Assembly (NCBI RefSeq): GCF_000143415.4
Contig: NW_003314267.1
Coordinates: 2,136,932 to 2,200,931, forward strand
Reading direction: 5' to 3'
Length of the DNA stretch: 64,000 bases
Source of the DNA: Selaginella moellendorffii
Taxonomy: Eukaryota; Plantae; Lycopodiophyta
Shown: piece after piece, positions 11,183-23,814 of the stretch
How the letters are laid out: each line of letters starts with the position of its first letter
Position numbering within the stretch: position 1 is the stretch's first letter
Notes under the pieces: generated by a model
Told to the model about the DNA's origin: nothing
Seen by the model: the letters and a program-made list of their open reading frames with translations, nothing else
The model's database searches: none
Made by a program: the position numbers and the translations under genes

Positions 11183-13023
11183 TGTAAGCGACTAATTTTT
11201 TCATTCTACTTTAGTCACTTAACCACACCTTCGACCACTTGGAGGAGTCTCACTCACAACCTCCTTAAGTCCAATTCAGGACTTGGGACTTGCTAGCCCC
11301 AAGAATGGCATCCATGCCACTCAACACTTGCACCTGGTCCAAGTGCTCCACGTGTCCGGTCCCAAGACCGACACCCAAAGGTACCACTGACATCTCGGCC
11401 CGTTACGCTAAGGCCATGCCCATTCACCTTTGCTGCACTAGTGGTCCAATACCACTTGCATCACCATCCCGTCTTTCCAACACTGGGCCATCGGTCCACG
11501 AGTGGTCATCCTAGATCCACTCTTTAGCATCCTTAGGATGCCCACAGACCTGGGGAATCGCCTTCCCCAAAGTCCCTTTGTCAATTCCTACCAAGTCCCT
11601 TTTTGCCCCTGGCCGTGTTTGCCAACACTGCCACTGGATCGAAGCCCACAGGCCCGACCACTAAGACCCATGGTCCTCTGGGACTTCCTCACCACACGAC
11701 TGTGTCCTTGGTCACTACCCCAGAGGACTGCTCCTTTTCCTTTCCACAGTCTAGGCCTTTGGGACAACATTTCGGAACACCGTGGCCTTACGCGAGCCAC
11801 CTGGGTACTCTCCCCGCCTTTCGCCTTTAGGTGCTCTAGCCATGGGCTTAGAGCGAGGTTCCGTTGAGCCACACCTGGTATCCAAGTAGGTAGTGCCACC
11901 CACACTTGGACTGGGAGCATCGGTCAGTCAATCTCCCGGGGGAACTAGAGCCGGCTCTTGAACACTTCACCAAGCTACCCCGCTTGTCGGTCCGTATTCA
12001 CTCTAGTCTTGGACTTCCCAGTGGTCAGTTCGTCACCCAACACTGGGTCTGGCCTTCCTGGGCCAAACTGGCCTTTTCTGGCCAAACTGGCTCCACTGCA
12101 GTCCTCCCCCTTACTATACTTTTGGGGCTCACCAAACCCCCCAGGGTCTGGGAGACGAACGCTTTGGGCTTTCACCCTCTCAGACTCCGGACTCGGACTC
12201 GGACTCGGACTCGGACTCGGACTCGGACTCGGACTCGGACTCGGACTCGGACTCGGACTCGGACTCGGACTCGGACTCGGACTCAGGCTCGGGCTCGATC
12301 TCGGCCTCGGCCTCGGTCTCGGTCTCGGTCCCAATCTCGGTCTCGGTCTCGGTCTTGGTCCCGGTCTCGGTCCCGGTCTCGGTCTCGACTTCGGACTCCA
12401 TCTCGGACTCCATCTCGGACTCCATCTCGGACTCCGTCTCGGGTCCATCTCGGGTCCATCTCGGACTCCATCTCGGACTCCATCTCGGGTCCATCTCGGA
12501 CTCCATCTCGGACTCCATCTCGGGTCCATCTCGGGTCCACCTCGGACTCCATCTCGGACTCCATCTCGGACTCCATCTCGAGTCCATCTCGGACTCCATC
12601 TCGGACTCCATCTCGGGTCCATCTCGGACTCCATCTCGGACTCCACTTCGGACTCCAACTCGGGTCCATCTCGGGTCCACCTCGGACTCCACTTCGGACT
12701 CCAACTCGGGTCCATCTCGGACTCCACTTCGGACTCCAACTCGAGTCCATCTCGGACTCCACTTCGGACTCCAACTCGAGTCCATCTCGGACACTCCCAC
12801 GTGTCATGTGTTGGTCCTTTTGGGTCCCTTTTTGGAGCCTCGCCTTTTGCTCGCTTCGTGCTCGTTCCTCGAGCACTTCGTTGGGAGTTCCACTCCCGCT
12901 CTTGACTTTTCAAGTCGGAGCTTTTGGTCCAAACGTGTTACGCTCGTTTGGCTCTTGCTTCGGCCACTACCATGTGGCGCCCTTCCGGCTCCTCTTTGGG
13001 GCTTAGGGATTTTGTGTCTCACA
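11183..13023 (-). repeat. 5' LTR of family-1 element (1841 bp)
   Basis: Matches 5263-7091 except for two extra GGACTC units and three substitutions seen by eye. Confidence 0.97.
12189..12792. repeat. Composite minisatellite within LTR: (GGACTC)16 plus 6- and 12-bp variant arrays
   Basis: Copy of 6269-6860 with 12 extra bp. Confidence 0.97.
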
Positions 13024-14360
13024 AATATAAGACAAAAGGAAAAACCTCAAAGTCACATTTGGCAAGATTATGTTATAACCAATCTATATTAAGGATGAGG
13101 TCATAAGTTTGACCCAACACAGCTCAAGCTCAAGATCACCCATATGTATAATTAAGTTTTCCTCATCCTATGCCTACACCTATACATCCACCAGTTTTAC
13201 AGTACAACATAAATGTAGATGGCAATGTATTGCAATAAGATAAACTTGAATTTATATTGACCAAAACGGAAAAGATAATTGTCGCGAATGTGACTTCAGG
13301 TATCAAAAGTTATCTGTCGGCCAATTCTTACAGACACTCCTTCCTTACTGCCACGATGGCAGGAGGTCAGTATTGTTAATTCCCTTTATTAGCCCCTCTT
13401 ATTCAAGTGTTAGTAAACTGGGCTTAGCACTTGTACTTAGCCAGATGGACATAAGGTAGGAACTCCTATGTGTTTCTAGCTGCATACTCAGCCTAGCTCT
13501 TAGTTCTCTTTTGCTCTATCTTGCACTGGCTTAACAAAAACCCTCGCGTATTGAGATTGGTCCTTCAATATTGCTAGATGATAACTTACCATGTCTGCCA
13601 AACACCTTTGCTATCATGCCCTTTGTGTTAGTCTCATTTTGGTCCCAAATGTTATTTATGGAAAGTGTCTAGATTTGCTCATTTGGCATATCTATAGAAT
13701 GTAGAGATTGACTTGAACACAATGGTGTTCATCCCGTGTCCAAATTCGCAATCTAACGCCGTTCCATATTTAGTAAGTTTCGAGCTTGTTCCAAAGACTA
13801 ACTCCTGATACTTAGGGGGGGGGCTGTGGGGGTTCTAAATGTATAGTAGGGATAGTGGGTAAGTCGGGCATGGCTGACCAATTTGAGGCATAGTCTAGCT
13901 TCTGCTTGCGTGCTTGTCCTTGTTTTGCGTCTGGCTTGGGTCTAAGCCCAAGCTCCACTCCATGCTAGCTGGTGGAGTACCCATGTCCTCGCGTTAGGCC
14001 ACCAGTATGCTGAAATAGTGCCAGACTCTGTTTGGCTCCGTGCTGGTCATGGCATTGGGATGCTAGATACTTTAGGATTGTTCCAAGTCGTTCCATGCCC
14101 TTGTCCCTTCGCTCCTTGGGCTGTACGCTCAGGAGTTGCTTTCGTGGTTCAATTCCATCACTCCTTGGCTCCATGCTTGGGAGTTTGGCATCGTTCTTTC
14201 GTTCAGTGCCCTAAGGCCTGAAAACTTGGGTTGCACATCACTGTCCTTTGGACACGTGACATTTGTCACGTGGCACAAAGAGGGTTTAGATTCCGCTTCG
14301 TGGTGTTATCCTATGGTAAATCACCATAGGATAAAGAGTCAAAACCACGTGCGCTACATT

Positions 14361-14371
14361 TGGTATCAGAG
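14361..14371 (+). other. Primer-binding site (initiator tRNA-Met)
   Basis: TGGTATCAGAG, 2 nt after the LTR-terminal CA. Confidence 0.92.
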
Positions 14372-17300
14372 AATGAGTCTCAGCGAGTACTATCTAATGA
14401 GATTGGGCAACCAGTCTCGTTGCATACGCAGAGATGAAAACGATGATTTGAGTGGGTACACGTTTGGGTGCAAAAACTTTGTATTGGTTCCTTGGGTTTG
14501 GATTGTGGTTACCTTTTTGTACCATAATAATGTGAGCTTGCTCTTGGGCTCATAAGAAGGATTGCGTTGTTTTGTTCGCACGGATGATTCGCAACGAGGT
14601 GTGATTTATTGCCTGTGTTCACATTATGCAATCAAGAGTCCCTATCTTGGTGCATGTTGGAAATGATGGTCTTACAAGTAGTGAGTTGTGGGATGGATAG
14701 CGGTGAAACACTAAACCATTTTGTCTAGACTTGCTATTGAAAGACTTGGGTTACAATGCTCAATTCTTTTCCAGGGAACTTTGCTATTGCTCCTTGAGTA
14801 GCTTGGTGTTGGATTAGTTTTGAGTTTGGTCAGAAAGAGAGTGGTATGAATTTGTCCATGTTGTGAACAAAAGTTAGTGGTGTTGGGTGTTAAAGTTTCT
14901 ATTGGTGGGGTATGGCATTTATGTTGTATTTTATCGAATTGACTTGACACTTGATACTCACGTAAACCTTTGTAGTAGTGATATGGGCATTGCTCATAGT
15001 GTTACTCAATTGATGATCAAGTCATTGTGCTACTTATATTATATCCATGTGATAATGAGTAATGTGTGTACAAAGTTGCTTGGTTAAACGATGATCAACC
15101 CCAAAGTGGTTGATGGTAAAGCTACTCTACTTGCATGAAGTAGCATTGTAATAGCTTTGACTAGATTCTCAATAGTGGTCCATTATGGTAAGTTTAAGTT
15201 GGTTCCTTGTTCCTTGAAGGCTTTGCCCATAAGGTGTTATGAAGGGTTATAACATTCACTTGCTATGGCTTATTAGTTTATCTGTTAGCACTTGGAGTAG
15301 GTTGTTGGATGGAAAAAATGTGTAGTTGGGGCATTGACATCACTAACACTTGTGTTAGTGGAAGTGGCATTATTATTTCGAGTGATGAGGAATTTTCCTT
15401 GGACCTTGATTTTTTATGTCATTTTTCTTGTTAGTGTTTTGGCTTCACATTGGGTCTTGAATGTGATTGAAAAAGAGTGTTAGTGCAATGTGGATATCCG
15501 AAGATGTGGTCTTCGTGTTCAAGTCTTGGAAGTTCATTTTGCACTTTGCGGATGTCCGTGTTGGATATCGGTTAAATGGGCAAAGATGTTCGATGCTTAA
15601 GCATATCGTTGGATTATGAGAATCTGTGTTGAGGTGAATCTATGTGAAGTTGTTAGTAGGAGGAGTTGGTTGAGTCTTGAAAATTTGCATTCTTGGACTG
15701 AGAGTCATTCTTTCTTTAGGATGGAAAATTTTCCACAAATTTTTTTAGATTTTTCCAATGGCTGATCTATTAATCACTTTGCTTGAAAACCATTCTATTT
15801 TCGTAAGCCAGTACAAAGTAGTGAAAGGGTTAGAGTTGACTTTAGTTAGTTTAAACCTTAGTAAGTAGTTTGTATGATGTGGCCTGAAAGGGATGCTGAC
15901 TTTTGGGGCTAAGGCAATTGAGTTGGATAGAGTCTAAAGTTGGTGTAGAAAAGTGGCCGTTGCGCTTTTTTAAGAAAGGTGATCCTTATGCCTTTTTTCT
16001 ATAGTGTTATGCTTGGTGGCAGGTTGTATTTTGCATTTCGTTAAGACTCTATGAGAGTAGTGAGCTCTCACTGATCTTGATTTAGTCTTGGTAGCCTTGT
16101 GCCTTGGTTGAGGATGGTGATGTCCAACTTAGTTGTTGGAGTTTGAGATGTCAGTACCCATACTATAGCTTTGTTTATAAGAAGGTTGTGTACCAATATG
16201 AATCCATCTCATGGTCTTCATTTTAGTTTTGACTAAGTGTTGATCATGCATAGCTAACCTCTTCAAAGTATGCTCAGAGCTGTTGGCTAAATGCATTTGT
16301 GAGCTTATCGCAGTTGAGTTGGATTTGAGTGGTCATTTAATTTGTGCTTGTCCATGAACCTTTATCTCGTATCTAGGGTATTACGTTTATGTTGGCCAAG
16401 CATATAACTTAGTGGCATAGGTTCTTATGAAGGTAAGTTGAAAAGTGATTGTTGGTTGCTTTGCGACTAGTGATTGCTTGTAGACTTCATCGAGAACTGT
16501 TAACATTTGCTTCACTCGATGAAGATTTAATAGTGGTGGGCTTGCCTTACCGGATGGTGTTGCGGAGGATTGTGTTATTAGACTTGTATGGTTTTTCCAT
16601 GTTAACATAATAACTCTACCTTTGTCAATATCACTTGGTTGTGTTTAGTTCATAGTGTTGGATTTCATTGAGTCTTGGATGTGGTGATTCATTCCTTGAT
16701 AAAGTGTTATCTATGGCTGAGTATTGTTGAAGAACTAATCTTGGATACTGAGTAAGGTATTTTCGACTTTGGTTAGTTTGGTTGCTAAAAAGCTTTAAGT
16801 GGTGATTCACTAATGCTTTCTTCTAACTTTGTTATGGTGTTGATGGCATTGAAGTGATGCCTTGTTATTAACATTATTGATGTTGAGATTTAAGTGAAAT
16901 GAGATATCTCTCCGAAAAATTGATGTCGAGTTTCATTAGTCTTGATAAAGATAGTGTTGATGATTTGGCTTTAGCTTTGTGTTGTTGGCATTCGTGCATT
17001 TGCTAGTGAGCAACTATATTAACGTTCAAATGAACTAAGTGGCAAGTTTGAGTTAGTTGTGTTCTAAACACGATTGTTTAGTACGGGTTGAGCTTTGAGC
17101 TTTTTCCTTGAAAAGTGATTCAGTCATGGACTATGCTAGCTTTACAAGATGAAGAATTAGTGATTGGTATTGAAGTGATTGAATCCTTATTGGATTTGAG
17201 TTAGAATATATTGATTATTGATGATTCTTCTTGTGCTTGTTATGAAGTGAGTTATGTCTTGCTGGATGGATTCATGGAGGATCAATTAGATGATCACTTG

Positions 17301-18539
17301 TTGAGCATAACTTCATCATGCTTCGCTTTTGGATTGATGCAAACATGCTCTTCATTAGCTTTGCATTATAAAGTTTAGTTTATGAATGTGTTGAGGAGAA
17401 GATTAATGGTTGTACCATAATTTCTTCTTTAACATTGAAGTTAGCTTAGACTCGTGATCATTATTATGCAAGACTTCGCTATAGGCTTCTTTAAACTTTT
17501 GGTTCCTTGAGTTTTCATGCTCATTGTTCTATTTGCTAGAAGTTGTTAGAAAAGGCATTTCAGCTTACTAGTTTCGATATTGAAATTAGCATTTGCATCT
17601 GGCAATCATTGATGATGATTGACTATTATCTAGAGTAGTTGATTATCCTTATCAAAGGTTTTATTTGATTATTGTTGATATAGACTGATTTGCCGTTCTT
17701 TGGGATGGTAGATACTTTCTTCGACGATGATTATACATCTCTTTATTGATGGGATGATTAATGATCTTTCTTGATAGTTAGTTATTCTCTTTGATGGTTT
17801 ATGGTTTTTCACAATACCACATGTTCTTTGTGGTTTGCTCTGGATTGGTTTATTGGGTTTGAGACATCAATAGGATGTTGCTAGCACTTGCTTAGACAAC
17901 TTTAGTTCCTTAGTATTATTGACTAAGATCTATTTTGATTGACTGGTGCAATAGTTGGCATGAACGAATGTTGTTGGTTCTACTACATTCATTCTATTCT
18001 GTTAATTGTTGCTAAGGTTAGTTTTGATAAATTTGGATGTTATTACTTTCGAGTGATATATTTGCAAGTATTGTGCTTGCCAGTCAATGATAATTTGTGT
18101 TCTTTGAGTTATCTTTTGTAAGTTGTTTGGCATTTTGTCGGCAATCTTCGAGAGTTAAGTTTTTTCATCGAGTTTACTTGATCATATACTTGCTATTGAA
18201 TTTTGTTAGATGGTGAGTCTTGTGTTTACCACTTATGATAATCTTGGTGGTTCCTATATTGTAATATTGGTTTATTGGATGATAACTTACTTGGAATTCT
18301 TTTGTGTTCTAATCTAAGTTTTATTCACTGATAATTAAATCTCTAAGATATCTTGTCTATGACTTTGATATATTGATCTTTGAATTTGGGCTAGTATAGG
18401 CAGACTGGCTTCAGCACTTCGTGTGCATGGTGAAATCTCTAGTCATGGGGTAGCTACTGTCGACTGGTCACATAACCCGCCTCTTTGTCGATGTTCCTTA
18501 TTTTGTTAAAAGGGCGTGATCGTGTAAACAATTCTAACT

Positions 18540-18761
18540 TCTTGTTTATAGTAGTCTATCTAAACCTTACCGACGGATTTGGTTTCTTTGCTCAGGAGGG
18601 TTGGGGCCTCTGGCTTTTCTCTCTATGTCCTTGCGGGCAGGGTATATCACACTTTCATAAGCTGGGTGACACCCAGAGCAGCAAGGGTGGTTAACTCTGT
18701 TGGTCATTTCCTTGTCGGCAACGGCCGGAAGGTGTCTGAGTTGGTAGTGCATCTGCATTAG
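18540..18761 (+). pseudogene. Remnant of gypsy integrase C-terminus (GPY/F region, possibly chromodomain)
   Basis: LLRRVGASGFSLYVLAGRVYHTF resembles ILxRVGxxAYxLxLPxxxRVHxxFHVS. VGHFLVGNGRKVSELVVH resembles the start of a chromodomain. It lies just 5' of the PPT, as expected. Confidence 0.45.
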
Positions 18762-18898
18762 ACAAAGAGGTTGCCCCCTAACTCATTTAAGTTGGTGCAT
18801 TTCTCATATAGTGTGAATTCTGTGAACTTTTTTTGGAGTTGTTTCCTTGGCGGTATTCTAGACTCGAGTATACATCGACGAGGACGTCGATCTTCCCT

Positions 18899-18910
18899 AG
18901 GGGGGGAGAG
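18899..18910 (+). other. Polypurine tract of family-2 element
   Basis: AGGGGGGGAGAG directly before TGTTGTG (3' LTR start). Confidence 0.92.
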
Positions 18911-19462
18911 TGTTGTGAATGTGACTTCGGGTATCGAAAGTTACCTGTCGACTAGTCTTTACAGACACTCTTTCCTTACTGCCACGATGGTAGGAGGTCA
19001 GTATTGCTAGTTCCCTTTATCAGCCCCTCTTGTTCAAGTGTTAGTAAATTGGGCTTAGCACCTGTACTTAGCCAGATGGACATAAGGTAGGAACTCCTAT
19101 GTGTTTCTAGCTGAGCATACTTGGCTTGGCTCTTAGTTCTCTTTTGCTCTGTCTTGCATTGGCTTGACAAAAATCCCCGTGTATTGAGATTGGTCCCTTA
19201 ATATCACTGGATGATAGCTTACCATGTCTGCCAAACACCCTTGCTATCATGCCTTTTGTGTTAGTCTTATTTTGGTCCCAAATGCTATTTATGGAAAGTG
19301 TTTAGATTTGCTCATTTGGCATATTTATGGAATGTATGGTGTTCGTCCCGTGTCCAAATTTGCAATCTAGTGCTATTCTATATTTAGTAAGTTTTGAGCT
19401 TGTCCCAGAGACTAACTCCTGATACTAAGGGAGGCTTGGGGTGAAAGCCCAAAGCATGTGTT

Positions 19463-20983
19463 TGTGAGACACAAATCCCTAAGCCCCAAAATGGAGCCGA
19501 AAGGGTGCCACGTGGTAGTGGCTGAAGCGAATGCCAAACGAGCGTAACACGTTTGGACTAAAAGTTCTGACTTGAAAGGTCAAGAGCGGGAGTGGAACTC
19601 ATAATGAAATGCTCAAGGAACAAGCACAAAGCGAGCAATAAGTGAGTCTCTAAAAAAGGGACACAAGAGGACTAACATATGACACGTGGAGGAGTCCGAG
19701 ATGGGCCCGAAATAGAGTCTGAGATGGACCAGAGATGGAGTTCGAGATGGAGTCTGAGATGGACCTGAGATGGAGTCTGAGATGGACCTGAGATGGAGTC
19801 TGAGATGGAGTCCGAGATGGACCCAAGATGGACCCAAGATGGAGTCCGAGAAGGACTCGAGATGGAGTCCAAAGTCAAGACCGAGACCGAGACCAGGACC
19901 GAGACCGAGACCGAGCCTAAGCCCGAGTCTGAGTCCAAGTCCGAGTCTAAGTCCAAGTCCGAGTCTAAGTTCGAGTTCGAGTCTGAGAGGATGAAAGCCC
20001 AAAGCGTTCGTCTCCCAGACCTTGGAGGGTTTGGTGAGCTCTAAAAGTATAGTAGGGGGGAGGACTCCAATGGAGCCAATTTGGCCAGGAAAGTCCAGTT
20101 TGGTCCAGGAAGGCTGTACCTAGGTGTTGGGTGATGGGATAACCATTGGGAGGTCCAAGGCTAGAGTGAATATGGACTGTCAAACAGGTAGCTTGGTGAA
20201 GTGTTCAAGAGCTGGCTCTAGTTCCCTCGGGAGATCAAATGGTCGATGCTCCTAGTCCAAGTGTGGTGGCACTACCTACTTGGATATTTGGCATAGCTCA
20301 ATGGAACCTTGCTCTAAGCCCATGGCTAGAGCACCCAAAGGCGGAAAGTGGGGAGAGTACCCACGAGGCTCACATAAAGCCACGGTGTTCCGAAATGTTG
20401 TCCCAAAGTCCCAAATTGTAGAATGGAAGAGGAGTAGTTCTCTAGTGTGGTGACCAAGGATACGGTCATGTGGTGAGAAAGTCCCAGAGGATAATGGGAC
20501 TTAGTGGTCGGGCCTGTGGGCCTTGTCCCAGTGGCAAAGTAGGCAAACTCGGCCATAGACAAAAAAGGGACTTGGTGGGGACTGTGAAAGGGATATTAGG
20601 GAAGGCAGTTCCCCCTGTCTGTGGGCATCTGAAGGATGTTAAAGAGTGGATTTTGGATGGTCACTCTTGGACGGATGGCTCAGTCGTTGAGAGACGGGAT
20701 TGCGATGCAGGTGGTGCTAGACCACTGGTGGTACCAAGGTGAATGGGCATGGCCTTAGTGTAATGGGCTGGTATGTCGGTGGTACCTTGAGGTGTCGATT
20801 TTGGGACTGGACAAGTGGAGCACTTGGACCAAGTGCAAAAGATGAGTGGTATGGATGCCATTCTTGGGGCTAGCAAGTCCTAAGTCTTGAATTGGACTTA
20901 AGGAGGTTGTGAATGAGACTCCTCCAAGTAGTCGGAGGTGTGGTTATGTGATTAAAGTAGGATGGAAAAATTAGTCGCTTACA
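19463..20983 (+). mobile_element. Solo LTR of family 1 nested in the 3' LTR of the family-2 element
   Basis: Reverse-complement homolog of 5263-7091 (TGTGAGACACA...GTCGCTTACA), flanked by TSD GTGTT at 19458-19462 and 20984-20988. Minisatellite shorter and decayed. Confidence 0.95.
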
Positions 20984-22877
20984 GTGTTCCTCAAGGGGGG
21001 GCGGGAGGGGGCGGGGGGGGGTTCCAAATGTATAGTAGGGATAATGGGTAGGTCGGGCATGGCCGACCAACCTGAGGCATAGTCTAGCTCTTGCTTGCGT
21101 GCTTGTCTTTGTTCTGTGTCCAGCTTGGGTCTAAGCCCAAGCTCCACTCCATGCTAGCTGGTGGAGTACCCATGTCTTTGCGTTAGGCCACCGATATGCT
21201 GAAATAGTGCCAGACTCTGTTTAGCTCTGTTTTGAGTGTTGGTCATGGCATTGGGATGCTAAATACTCTAGGACTGTTCCAAGTCGCTCCATGCCCCTGT
21301 CCCTTCGTTCCTTGGGCTGTATGCTCTGGAGTTGCTTTGTGATTTGGTTCCATCACTCCTTGGCTCCATGCTTGGGAGTTTGGTACCGTTCCTTTGTTTA
21401 GTGGCCCAAGGCCCTGAAACTTGGGTTCCACACCATTGTCCTTTGGACATATAGTATGTGACATGTGGCATTTGTCACGTGGCACAAAGAGGGTTTAAGT
21501 TTCGCTTCGTGGTGTTATCCTATGGTAAATCACCATAGGATAAAGGGTCAAAACCACATGCGCTACAATAATAAAGGAGCTCTTCTGATAAAATTGAGCT
21601 TGGAAAGTGAACACTAGATGAACTGGTGTAAAGTGAACCTTTTGATGAAAGATGAAGAGAGGGGTCATTAACTTATTCACGCAAGATCCCTCCATTACTT
21701 CTACAACTCCTCATTTCTAAATCTCAATGTCAAAACCTTTCACTGCAACAACATTAACAAAACAATATTGACATTAAAAATGTCAATCCGGTAAATGTTG
21801 ATAATGTTAATATATGTTTATTACACACCTAACAACGAATATCATGGCCACAACCACGTTTTTGTCTAGTGTCAACCTCCATTGGAACTAGATCATTTCT
21901 CATGGGAAGTGGAGATGAAGCATGTGCAACTATAAGTGGGAAAGGTGATGTTATATAGTATGATATCAGTTTAAAAGCATTGTCAAGAGTGGTTTGGGCA
22001 ATTGCCTGTACATATCTCATAAAATTTTGACATAGTGTTGACCACAACATACCTAACTTGATACACTGACATATTCAGCTCCACATGAAGCAAGAGAATT
22101 CAAAAGTGAACACAAAATTGTATAATTGATTTAGATGATACTTGATATAAATGATGTAATTGCTAGAAGATATCATCACAGTCATCAGCATGTCTAAATG
22201 TGCATTTGAAAATATCCAAGATAACACTTTAATCTATATGATTGTACCACTGCAATACCATGGGAAACTCATATAGACACTAGCAAGAATGATAAATAAC
22301 AATCATTGTAAAGTGATTGAACCAATAATACATATAATCCCTAAGATTCCTATAGAAGAAATTTAGCTGAACATGAATATTGGTAGTAAGAACAAGACAC
22401 CACATGTTATGAATACCACTATTAATTAAATTTGATTGGTCAATTACAATTGCATAGTATTGAGTAACTATACCAATTGTTGCACTAGCATTAGAGGAGT
22501 ATGCTAAAATGGAGAAACAAAAAAGAAGTATTGAAAAAGTTATAAGAATAAAGATATCTACACAATGCAAAAGTTAAATCTAAAATAAATGTAAAAACTA
22601 TATTTAAAACAAATTTAAACATCTCAATTCCACCAATAAAACCCTAATTTATATATAAGAGCGAATGGTTTTAATTTTAATTGAAACTAATCTGATGGTT
22701 ATCAAAATTTGATTAAAACCAATCTGATAAGTATCAAGATTCTATTACACTAATGATAATATGGCATTGTAACTATATCACTAATGATAATAAACAATAA
22801 TATATTTATTTGAGACAATTATTTAAAAATCATGACTAGACCATCCAAATAAGTATATAATGGTTAACTTTGAACTA

Positions 22878-23665
22878 TCAATACAGATATTCACCTCTAA
22901 CAAAGGTTGTAACATACGAGGGCCTTACCCGGTTACACCGAGGCACAGGTTGCGAGCACGGGGGTACACCGTCGCGGCCAAAAGTCTTCTCCACGTAAAC
23001 CTTGAGCTCCTTCTCGATTTTCGCCGACAGCTCGAACTGATCCTGCTTGTTGAGGCAATTGATAATGGTCCTGTAGGTGCGAACGTTGGGGGGAGCCTCC
23101 GAGTCCTTCATCATCTCGAACACCTTGAGCGCATCTCGGAAACGCCCCGACCCAACGAAGATGTCGATCACTTCCGTGAACATGGCAATGTGAGGCTCGG
23201 CTTTCTCTTGCTTGATCGTTTCGAAGAGCGAGTAGACGCCTTCGACCCTCCCGTTCCTAGCGAGAGACTTGAGCATGTCTCGGTAGAGTGGAACGCTGGG
23301 TTTGTACCAGACTTCCTTGCGTGCTCTCTCAAAAACCTGTAACACCATCTAGATCAACGCCAAGAAGAGAGAACGAGAAAACAAGGACTTACTTGGAAAG
23401 CTAGATCCACTTCGTCGTGTCGCTGGAGCGCATGTAGCAGCGCCAATAGATCCAACTTGACAAGCCGGCCGACTTTGGAAGCGAGCACCTCTTGGAGCGC
23501 TTTTGAATCTCGCTTGGCCAGTTTCAAAGCTGCCGCGGCTTGCAACGCCTCGGAGCCGAGATCTTTCTTCCCTCTCCACAGAGGGGCTCGTAGCAGCGAT
23601 CTCTGTGAAAATGTAGCATACCCAGATACCTGTGCTTTGCTCCCAGCAATGATCTTGGGGAGCAT
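22878..23665 (-). CDS. Short P-class PPR protein, THA8-like family
   Basis: Exons 23665-23393 and 23336-22878 (3' end uncertain). Contains PLWRGKKDLGSEAL...RLVKLDLLALLHALQRHDEVDLAFQVFERARKEVWYKP, followed by PPR repeats. Confidence 0.85.
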
Positions 23666-23814
23666 CCCGTGAAACCCTAGTAGAAACTCTCTGGTGTGAG
23701 AGGGGGAAAAAAGGACTATACATTCGATAAGTTAGTACAATTGGAAACCGAGCAAAGCTCACCCTGGAGCAGACAAAATGCGTTTTTCTTCTTGGTTCTA
23801 GAAAAGGAGACCCT

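Larger units (their letters stand above)
5263..13023 (-). mobile_element. Structurally intact, very young LTR retrotransposon without coding capacity (LARD-like, probably Ty3/gypsy-dependent); family 1
   Basis: TG...CA LTRs at 5263-7091 and 11183-13023. TSD AATAT at 5258-5262 and 13024-13028. Met-i PBS and PPT on the minus strand. The 4.1-kb internal region has no ORF over ~112 aa and no recognisable RT/INT motifs. Confidence 0.95.
13280..21567 (+). mobile_element. Older degenerate LTR retrotransposon (Ty3/gypsy, chromovirus-like); family 2
   Basis: 5' LTR 13280-14358 and 3' LTR 18911-21567 (interrupted by a solo LTR), TG...CA ends. TSD ATAAT at 13275-13279 and 21568-21572. PBS at 14361, PPT at 18899. 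About 17 transitions in the first ~140 bp between the LTRs. Confidence 0.93.
3124..21869 (+). mobile_element. Candidate degenerate non-autonomous Helitron hosting the LTR insertions (~2.7 kb once the insertions are removed)
   Basis: 5' end TCTACTATTATAAA at 3124, preceded by T rather than the usual A. 3' decayed hairpin CATGG-CCACAA-CCACG (21843-21858), then 7 nt, then CTAG|T (21866-21870). AT-rich body with a possible RPA-like remnant YKFK|VDNDKSCNATAILFG at ~4656-4834. Confidence 0.35.
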
